This document shows, piece by piece, positions 46,601 to 55,590 of a stretch of DNA of 64,000 bases. Source of the DNA: Iphione sp. A-MEVVRFRX5 (taxonomy: Eukaryota); contig OZ320316.1 in NCBI GenBank assembly GCA_976226885.1, forward strand, positions 83,514,001 to 83,578,000, in the 5' to 3' direction. Each line of letters opens with the position of its first letter. Position 1 is the first letter of the stretch. The translations under genes and the position numbers were made by a program. The notes beneath the pieces were generated by a model, which saw only the letters and a list, made by a program, of their open reading frames with translations, was not told the DNA's origin and searched no databases.

Positions 46601-49600
46601 CAAATGCATAGTCAGCAAGTTTCCAACATTTCATGACGCAATTCGAAGCAATCCAGGCAGGAGTGAGCAATTCCCCTCTTTCGCAAGCCCACCTGAAAAG
46701 CAGTTACTAGATCAAAGAGAACTCTCACCTTGCCATGACTCAATCTGAGAGGGATCCGACAGGTGAGGAATACCTCTCCCCTTTTTATGGCCCTGTTTAT
46801 AGGTTTCAAGGCATACCTGCCAAATTCCCACCTGTGTAACTCCGGTCCGAATTCCTCCCCGAATGAGCTGAGCTCGGACCCCGGCCCCTTCAAAGAGGCT
46901 GGGCCCTTTCTCATCATCCATCTAGTTAGTTTCCCTGCCCATAAACCAAGTGTTATGACCATCATGACAGTTTTGGGTCCCCTATTAGCTTAAACTGACG
47001 TTTATGACTCTCATTAATCTTCGTCAGAAGATTGTGCAATTCTCAGGGCCCTCATTTGTCTTTCCCTGGAATCCCTTTGATCTTTTGGGACCCGCCGTGC
47101 AGTGCTCACTTATGTGAGCCAATGGGAAGAGTCCCCTCTCCCAATCCTCCAATCAGAATAGCCCCTTTTCGGCCAATGGGAAGTAAGGACCTGGGACAGA
47201 GTTTGTATATAAGAGAGAGCTCCACATCCCCTTCAGATTAAGATCAAGAAAGAAAAGAACACAGAACAGAGTTAGTTACCATCTGAGGTCTAAGTTCCAT
47301 CTAGCTCACTCTTTACCTCTAGAAGCGGCTGAGACCAGACCAGAGTCCTGCTGGAGGAGTCGTCCACCTCGCGATCTTCATCAAGCACCTGTTCACTAGG
47401 AAGGACTCCGCATCCAGAAGGACTCTAGCTCTCCGTCCAGATGTTTGGACCCACAGGATCTGGTCTGGCTCGCAAGCCCGCAATTCTCCCCAATATGTAA
47501 GCTCGGCTCTGCCACTGATCTGTCATCCATAAGCCACTGTCAAGGGAGGAGAGTATCATCCCTCTGATGTGCTCGGAATAAAGCCCTCTGTAAAACTTAC
47601 ACTCGGTTTTAGCGTTCCTCGTTTCCACCAGCATATCATCCCGCTCGAAGAGACCGACTAAGTACTTTCTGAACACTTAGAATAAAGCAACACGGGACAT
47701 GTGACCTGTTAGGAAGCTTTATTAGTCCCTATCGAAGAAGGGAATCATCGGATTGAAGGCCCGAGACTGCAATCAGCACGGGCAGCAGACGAAGAAGATC
47801 ATCATGGACTCGAGGACGCCCCGAGATAAGAGGTGCTTCATTCATCACTACCCACCCCATACGATCCCCGAGGAAAGTGGAATCCTCACCTCTCGAAACA
47901 ACCACACATCCAAGACACAGACAGAGAAATAACAATTTCGAACTGTGTAGTGGTCAGCAACAACAAAAAGGAAGAGTTAGCAATATCACACATTGGATCA
48001 TGCAAGATGTAGTTTTAGACCCATCGAGTCAACAACAAGAGGATTTTTCTAATATTTTGACCACCATCCTGATCCATCTGAGTAAAGGAATTAATTCACA
48101 TTAAATGTTAGCTTTCCAAGGCAAGAGTAGTAGTGCTTGTTACATCCTGAATTTCTTTGGCAATATTAGAGAGGATTTCACCCAGTTTGTTCTTCCCCGA
48201 CCACTTCTGATGTTATACCAGATCATTTTTAATGACTGAGCCTGTTCCCCAGTGGCTCTTTTTGCGGGCATATTGTAGTTTAATGGCTGGCTTCTCCACT
48301 AGGTGTAATCCAACTAAGTCTAACTCGCTTAGTTACTCCACTATAATTCCAGTGAGATTTTATCCAAGTCCTAACTCCAGGATAATTCTCTGTTAAATCT
48401 CCCACTTGGTAGATCCAGCTATTGTCTAATGCTATCCTGTCTCAGTTACTTCACTGTAGTCCCAGTGCGGTTATATCCAAGTGCCAACCCTAGGTAATCC
48501 AAGTGGGTTTGTTACATCCCCAATCAACAAGGTCCACTAGTGAGGTCCAAGTGCAAACTGTTTCATTGGCCACACAGGGCCCATATTTATAGTCAAACTC
48601 CTGGTCATGTGATCAATACAATGTATCATGGAATAAATCTGTTACAACATCTGGTGTGCCTCTTACTCTCTACCAATCATCTTATAGCAATCAGATACAA
48701 AGTTACAGGTACCTCGGCATCCAGGGCTCAGGGCTATACAACTTGCCTGTGGTGCCACAGGCCATGACCATTTTTAATTATTATGACAACATAGTTACTC
48801 TTTCTGGCTGTGGTGCCACAGCCGATATAGCTTCTAGAGTTCACCAAGTGCAGTTCATGTGTCTAACACTACATATGACTGCAGTGCCACAGTCAGCGTT
48901 AATTCTAGAGTTCACCAAGTGCAGTTCATATGTCTAACGCTACATATGACTGCGTTGCCACAGTCAACTCCATTCTAGAGTTCACCAAGTACAGTTCATG
49001 TGTCTAGCACTACAATATACAAACGATTTATTTTTGTGGTGGACAAACATGCATTGTAGCTCAGCATTGGTGTTGATTTTATCAATTAGGATATGTTTGA
49101 TTAACATATCTTCATCCAGATCACTTGCCTTCAGGTTCTACCTCGATAGGTCTTGTGTTTGTTTTAGTTTGAATCTGTCGGTTGAACCTAGGGCTTGTGA
49201 CTTCAGGTCATCCCTATTGGCTGCATTGGCCAGGTCAAAGGTTAGGGCTTGGTCAACTGTTGCGACGATGTGCCCGTAGTGCAAAAATGGCATTGCATAA
49301 TCACTGGCCAAAGGATGACCCACTTGTTTAAGTACAATGTGTGTTTTTCATGTATGCGAGTAGGCATATTCAATTGAAATACCCGTTGGGAGAAGGTGTA
49401 ATTGCTGATGATTGAACTTTTTTCCGTCAACAATGATGAATAAGCCATATGCCATGACTTTATGACCATTACTGACCGCCAGTTTAACGAACTTTTCCAT
49501 GTTCATGTATATGCGTTGTGCACAAGTAGGGATATCTTCATTCAGCCAAACCGAGTAGTCATTGATTTTGCTAAGATTCGATCTCATTAAAAATAGTCCC

Positions 49601-52600
49601 CATCTGCAATGTCAGTGAACTCGATTATGTACATGGGTTTTTTGTTCAAAGAGTAAAGCATTGCTTCCCACAATACCACTCTCCAGTTGTTGTTAAAAAC
49701 ATTGGTGCTCCTGTACGTTGATGCTGACACTAGCTTCCTACTAGATTCATTAAATGGGTCTCACTTTGGTCAAAGCTGTTAGTAACAATTGGGAATGCAG
49801 CATCAGGACTGTTTGGATACTGTGGGAGGAGCTTACAGAAACCAGATGCTTCCTGGAGTATATACATGTATGGCTATCTTAGCCTTAGTTTTCTCAGAAA
49901 TGGCAGTATAATTTGCTGACATTTATCCATAATTTGTGGGGGTTTGGCCTCTATACAGAGTAAAAGATGGCTAAAACTCACCACAGTATGTCCATTATTC
50001 TGAAACCTGATAGACTTAATTCAGCATTGTTTTTCAGCTTGTCCAAGTTCAAAGGTATAGGCCTTTAGAATTCACTTCCCCAGGCAACCAAATTGAAGAT
50101 AGGGAAATTGAGGTTAAGTAATGAATTACCAAGGTTAATCTCTCTACAAGGCTTCAGAAGTGGAGACAAACAGTTAGTATTATTTTATACTTAAACTATG
50201 TTATCCCTAACCTATGTTAGACATGTTTGGTTATAAACACTGCACCCTATGTATAGTCTAGATAGAAGTGATTAGGGCCCCCTTCTCATTGCAGTCTTGA
50301 ACAGGAAGATACTAGCCCACTTGTTATGTTAATGTTATGTCTATACGACTGTTGAGGATAGCTGAGTAAGAACTAGCGTAATGTTAAAAGCTTCTAAGGA
50401 TGAGTATCATTATGATATATTGTAAATTTATTGCCAATTTGCAATTCTTTTCATTAATTGCCTTGCTTTTGTCTATTTCGTTGAAGGAGTGACAAAACAT
50501 TTTGATTTTTTGTTAACTGTTTGGTATATGCAAAGGGATTAAATATTCCCGGCAAATTGTATTATGTCTATGGTATAACGCATTTGTTGTAACCTACAGG
50601 ATAATGTTAGTGCACAGGTACATGTATACAGCAATGATTTGCCTTATATTGTGATTAATTTTTCCTACTTCTACGAGTTGATTTTATGTTATATGTGCCT
50701 CATTCACCAGAGGATCAGTTGAAAAACCTTACAGGATTGTGAGACATTGATACTCAATAAACCATTATTCAATTGATTGCCTTGAAAAAGGTCAACGTTT
50801 TGTTAGAACCGATATATCATGCTTCCATATATAATAATTTGAAACTGTAGAAAGGGGTGTCGCCGATAGCATTCGCGACATTGCATTAGATGGAAATGAA
50901 ATATGTTTAAATTTCTATTCGATATTCTCGTAGGACGACATGGTAATGATGACTCTTCACTTCAGCAATGAAGACACCTATCATAATCTGATACTACTCA
51001 CTTGATACGCACTCTCCACTCATTGTAATGACATTGGATATCAAAAATTATAAATTTAACTCTATCGAGTATCTTATTATACTGAAGCAAACATAAGTAG
51101 CAATGATAAGGTTGGTTTTAGAATTCCTGCTATCATAATACGTACATCATTGTACTGAATGCCTAGATATGAATGCCTGACTGTACTTGAACCTATCACG
51201 CAATACATCTTTGCTAAATAACTAACCAGTCGCTGGGAAGCCTGGCTATTGTCTTTTATTTGCCTTGGATAACTGGTGCCACTGATAACCTAGACCATTT
51301 CCTTATTACAGGCACACTGTACAGCAGACCTGTGGCTAGGAAAAGTTCAAGTGCTACCAGTAGTGAAAGGCGCTTGAAATACAAGTATTGAAGGACACTT
51401 GAAACTGGACAATGTTCAAACTTCCAAGCAAGGAGCAAATTGGATATTCCCCAGACGAACATGTTGATCACAATATATTTTGTATTTCGATCGGAGTTGT
51501 AGAATATGACAACATTATCTTTTTTCAGCGACCAGCAGGGAAGTAATTATTATCTTAAGTAAACCATACGGAACTAAGACAATTTCCTTAAAGCACAGCT
51601 CATATAATTTGACCAGAGCCAAAGATCGTAGAAGATACCCTTAGAAAGGTTTCCAAGTACAAATGTAAATGCCTGCTTTTCCCATCCTATATCGTACAAA
51701 GAAACGGGTTATCTGTTCTTATACACCTGACCATGGTCCTCATTTGGAGCGGTCGCTGTCTAAGTGCACTTATCTACTTGCCTTCATAAGATAGAGGGCA
51801 CAATGTCGCCAAAATAAGTATCCATATTATATGCCCCTTCTGTACCATCCCCAGTGGACAAAACGTCTCGGCGAAGGCAACAAAGAAGGAAAGTTGTAGC
51901 GCCTGTATGGAACAGACATCGTTTGATGGTGTTCTCATCGCCTCTCTCACCCAGCTTGGGTCAATTTCCTGTCGGAAATATGGCCGCGGGTCGCCTGGAG
52001 GACGTGTCAGAGACAGGTCCAACAGGAGCCGCACTCCAGCCGGATAGCTAGCCTGTCTTTCCTTTCAGGATCTATCAAGAGCGGCCTGATGACATTATAT
52101 GATGCCAATCGCCAGCGACAATGGAGGTCTGGCCTTTGAAGAGGGTCTTGCTAGGTGCCGACGTGTGCAGGCCGCGTGTAGGAGGCGGCCCGACTATAGG
52201 TCAAGACACAGGACCAATACTGTAAGCTAGCGGTGCAGATTTACATTACGAGGTCACGGGCAGTTGAGTCAAAAACAGATAAAACCTGGTCGAGAGTTAT
52301 TCGGAAAAAGGGAGACAAGGCAGACCCATTACGAGCAATGTCTACTTGCAGTAGCACTAAACAAAGTCCGTTCGCCGCCCCAAAGGCAATGGGTTGGCAG
52401 GCAAACCTGATATATATCCCTTTTTAGGGAATAAAGGTGCCCTTGTTTATATCATTGCGTGGGATTCTAGCTCAATTCTATGGTTTTGATGAAAGTGCAA
52501 CGTATTGTGGGAAGTTTATGCAATTATAAAACAGTCTAATCCAGAGTGGAGAGCTATAAATAAGGCACTCAACAGAAGTAAAATTCTTACCGGAGTAACA

Positions 52601-55590
52601 ACTATTCACTATGTCTGTTTGTCTTAATCATTTAGTATTGACTCACACTCCCAAATAAGGAAAGAATACCTTCCATACTGCACGAGTCTCAAAATTAAAA
52701 CGGCATCCCATTGCCTTTAATAGGTTCCCCCTTTGATATATTATCTTCCAGTATACTACCTCCAACGTTTTGCAAATAAGAAACCATTAACTTTTATTCA
52801 ATACGTACCTCATTGAGTAGAGTATTCGTCCATCCTGATTAATTCGCAACAATTTGTTCTGTGAAGTGACTGTGTGAAGATAGGACTTTTTGCCGTTTAA
52901 GAAATGTGTGTCTGGTTTCCATAGCCTGTCCAGAATGGTAACACTGACCGGCAGTACCTTTAAAGGTCCGTTGAAGGCTAACCTCTTGTCTACCCAGCTC
53001 TGGCGGAAGTAGCAATCCATTTGATATGCCTAACAATAAAACCACAGAATATGTTACATGTACATCATTTCTGTTATAGTTACATACCAAGGAGGGCATT
53101 GTACGTGATATGTTCGCACAGAAGGGATTAGCGCGAGGAGTTGTATAATAAACATCCCCTAATTATATCTAGGCATATAGAAAAAAACTTGATGTCTTGA
53201 ATATATCTTTATCGGCCGTGTAACATCGAAATACAGCAAACAGCAGACTATGACGAATTCTAACATGCACGCTCACCATATCTTGTTCAGAAACAGGTCC
53301 CATTGAGCGCACATTTAAATTGACATCAACAAGGAGCGGAGGACCTGGATGTAAAGCATGCACCAAAAAGAAAGTGGAGTCAATATAAAGAGGAATATTT
53401 CATCACAGTTTATGTTGATGTCGGGTACATCGCCTTTTTAACGGAGTTTCCCAATTTCCAGAGAGCATGCTTTGAGTTTAACATTCGACCCAGCGAAGAA
53501 ATATGAGAAATATTTTATACTGATTACAGTCCTTTTTAGCATAATTGTGAACGCAGAACTTGAAACAACCTTTCCTTTGAATCGGTATCATACGGAGCGA
53601 GGAAACACCGATTTTTCACATGGAGGAGTTTCATGGGTTGAATTTATTTTAAAAAGCTCTGTCTCGATTAATCGATATCTAAGTGAGACGAGTTGCTTGG
53701 CTTGTGTTCAGGCTGGCCGAGATTAATTCTAATTGAATTATACACTGAATGCGCAGATTGATTGTGGATGGAGTCTTCGTGGATGGCCCTGCTCATCAGT
53801 AACCCAGTTGAACAGTTGGCGAAGGCTCACACCCCTTGCTCATTGATCATCCAAAACTGGTAGCAGAAGCAGAAATACATCCATGCAAGCAAAATGTCAT
53901 AATCGAATTGCCCACGATCGCTTCGATTTTAGGAACACTGTTTTAGTTTTAAACAAATTATAAAATAACCCCCTACTTTTGTATCAGTCAAAATAAAAGA
54001 GCAGGCATGTGATCAGTACATTTCGTATAAGTGTGCAATTTTAAAGATGGACTACCTGAACGTGCCTCATTAATCTCTTTCGAAACCCTAACAGTAAACT
54101 TGGGTTTTGTCAGAATTCTCTCTATGTGAATGTCTCAAACTCATGGGATGCTGTTCAACTCTGTTAAACTGCTTACGATTTCATTTTTTAAAGAAGAAAT
54201 GTTCCTCTCGTTTCGACTGTGTTCAATGAAAGCAGATTCTCTGGCTTTCATTAATGATATCCTTTTTATCACAGTGCAATAGCATCCACTGATACAACTA
54301 TATGTACTCAAAGCAAAATACATCAATATACTATTTAATCTCATAGAATACCTTAGCCACACTTAAGGTTTTACATGCATCGCCCAATGAATATAGACCG
54401 TGAGTTTACCCGTTGCATCTGACTAAATTACTATAACAAAAAATTGTTTCGGAAATCACCTCCAAACCCTGGTCTTAGCCGGTGGTCGTAGCCTTTGAGC
54501 AGCTCATCCAACAAGGCAGAAGTGTTGTAGACCATGCCAGTGCGAGAGCAGAACGAGCCAGTGATGAGCACTAACAGCCTGGTGAATAGACATAAAGCAG
54601 GGGTTACTCAGCCCGGAGGCCCAATTCTTTAGGAGTCTAAGGCCGACCAAGATAAGATGCTTCTGCCTTCTAAATAGAAGGCCTTTAACCTTACGCCCTA
54701 CAATGAAACCTTTACATCGTACACAGTAGTGGTATTAAGGACAGACTTTGAAATGAGCAACCTGGTCACTTTTCCGGGCGTCGGCAAAAGAAAGTTGCCA
54801 CTGGGTCTTACTTTGAAGTTTCATATGACCATCCAAACGAATTGATTGCTCTCTTCACCAGTAATGAGAAAGAGCATTTCAATAGGTTAGTAGCAACAAT
54901 CCACGACAGGCTGCACCTTAAAATGACTTAATATGTTTAGCTAAGGAGATCTGTCATAATCTGCGCTCTTGACTGCCATTTTAGCAGAAGGAAATGTGGC
55001 CAACAACAACCAATTTTTGAATAATAAAAGGTTTTCGACTAATAAAAATCCATTTTCGCAATGCCTTTATGGACAAACCGTCCCTCAGGAAGAAGCGCTT
55101 TTAAGGTTATCGGAGGTACCACGGCAGAATAAAGCAAATGGATTGTTTTTGCATATGATACCTGAAGCCATGTTAGGCTCGGAGGGGGAAAACAGGATGC
55201 AGTGTCAATTGAACTGATATGTCAACGAGACAGACAGTAACCTGACCCATCACGGATCTACCCGCGCATCTAATTGTCAGCTTGTTTTTATTATTAAGCT
55301 TTTTATTATGCTTTCGTAGACACAGAACACGAGAGTTCTAATTCTAGACTTATCTTTTTGTTCTAAATGACATAGGATGTGAGGTATTATGGAAGATTTG
55401 CTTTGATTTTTTTCCGAAATCCTCTGATCTCTGTTTTCGTTCTTGGTGCGTATTTTTTTATATATCGTTATATGCGTCTCATTGATCAGCATCAGCAAAT
55501 TTATGATTACCAGCAAGTCGTATGTGATTGATAGCCTGCCAAGAAGCATCTCGTTATTTCTTGTGGCTTCGTGGACAGTGACTTCGGCAT
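31332..55590 (-). CDS. Cys-loop GABA receptor subunit, alpha/GRD-like; 9 coding exons, 486 aa
   Basis: Hand-assembled exons of 80, 119, 68, 221, 83, 141, 153, 233 and 363 bp sum to 1461 nt. All introns are GT-AG with consistent phases. Cys loop [15 protein letters not shown], four TM segments. The 68/221/83/153-bp exon sizes match the conserved GABA-A gene structure. Confidence 0.93.
32486..32718 (-). CDS. GABA receptor exon 8 (M2-M3)
   Basis: [54 protein letters not shown]...EDIEDLA; TAG and GTAAG boundaries. Confidence 0.96.
34900..35484. mobile_element. MITE-like non-autonomous DNA transposon, possibly PIF/Harbinger
   Basis: Terminal inverted repeats GGCCCAGTTTCC(T/A)TAC match at 15 of 16 positions. 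Flanks TAC and TAA give only an imperfect 3-bp TSD. No coding capacity. Confidence 0.6.
35590..35755. repeat. Short tandem repeat, ~50-bp period
   Basis: Recurring TCTCCATGAAAT and TTTTTCCATACTT blocks. Confidence 0.75.
36155..36258. repeat. Degenerate tandem repeat (ATGGCAAAATTC / GGCAAATTCAG units)
   Basis: About three diverged copies are visible. Confidence 0.65.
37183..37335 (-). CDS. GABA receptor exon 7 (153 bp, M1)
   Basis: [52 protein letters not shown]. Confidence 0.96.
39883..40023 (-). CDS. GABA receptor exon 6 (141 bp)
   Basis: [47 protein letters not shown]; missing from the ORF track and found by manual translation; CAG and GTGAG boundaries. Confidence 0.94.
40720..40900 (+). 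pseudogene. Possible zinc-finger C-terminus of a decayed non-LTR RT
   Basis: [27 protein letters not shown]...CVDAEWKNL loosely fits zf-RVT spacing. Confidence 0.22.
42721..42803 (-). CDS. GABA receptor exon 5 (83 bp, Cys loop)
   Basis: [27 protein letters not shown]; CAG and GTAAG boundaries. Confidence 0.96.
42972..45535 (-). pseudogene. Degenerate CR1/L2-group LINE ORF2 and 3' UTR inside intron 4
   Basis: APE remnants [25 protein letters not shown] remnants [29 protein letters not shown]. The early RT domains are lost by a deletion near 44170. AATAAA and a short ATC-type tail lie near 42972-43004. Confidence 0.88.
46100..46462 (-). pseudogene. SGNH esterase-like ORF, 3' part (blocks II-III)
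   Basis: [17 protein letters not shown]...[11 protein letters not shown]. Joins 47991-48271 when the LTR and one TSD copy are removed. Confidence 0.65.
46463..47990 (+). mobile_element. Solo LTR, 1528 bp, 4-bp TSD CATT
   Basis: TGTTAG...ATCACA flanked by CATT (46459-62 and 47991-94). CCAAT at 47119, 47141, 47149 and 47173, TATATAA at 47206, AATAAA at 47577 and 47681. No internal gag or pol. Confidence 0.9.
47991..48271 (-). pseudogene. SGNH esterase-like ORF, 5' part (block I)
   Basis: [10 protein letters not shown]...[16 protein letters not shown]...RKILLL(x)DSMG, with frameshifts. Confidence 0.55.
48380..48660 (-). promoter_or_regulatory. E-box/TATA/Inr module, copy C, upstream of the esterase ORF
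   Basis: On the plus strand CATGTG at 48606-11, 14-nt gap, TATTTATA at 48584-91. On the minus strand CAGT follows about 32 nt after the TATA start. Confidence 0.6.
48746..49015. repeat. ~70-bp tandem repeat with TGTGG-TG-CCACA palindromes
   Basis: CTAGAGTTCACCAAG at 48834, 48905 and 48975. Palindromes at 48746-61 and 48806-23. Confidence 0.85.
48965..49650 (-). pseudogene. LINE ORF1-like RRM/CTD segment fused in frame to a NADAR-like domain
   Basis: PMYIIEF...[16 protein letters not shown]...IIVDGKKF is continuous in one frame, across two stops, with [15 protein letters not shown]...TVDQAL...[15 protein letters not shown]...FVYCS...TW. Confidence 0.55.
51800..52400 (-). pseudogene. Degenerate tyrosine recombinase of a DIRS/Ngaro-type retroelement
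   Basis: Remnants RPSSKAR...CHQAAL and [14 protein letters not shown]...[12 protein letters not shown] line up with SKTD...CPVxAL and HSFRxGxAT...GxWxSxAY. Confidence 0.45.
52809..53029 (-). CDS. GABA receptor exon 4 (221 bp)
   Basis: [17 protein letters not shown]...[12 protein letters not shown]...GRILYSMR. Confidence 0.96.
53277..53344 (-). CDS. GABA receptor exon 3 (68 bp)
   Basis: [23 protein letters not shown]; CAG and GTGAG boundaries. Confidence 0.95.
54460..54578 (-). CDS. GABA receptor exon 2
   Basis: [39 protein letters not shown]; CAG and GTGA boundaries. Confidence 0.92.
55511..55590 (-). CDS. GABA receptor coding exon 1 (putative)
   Basis: [26 protein letters not shown](W) ends in phase 2 at GTAATC and joins exon 2 in frame to give the hydrophobic core WLLVLITG. 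Other first exons are possible. Confidence 0.55.

Noticed and set aside
46674-46709. GT-AG mini-intron in the antisense LTR frame
   Set aside because: Only about 36 nt long, not conserved in the other copy, and splicing does not yield a long ORF.
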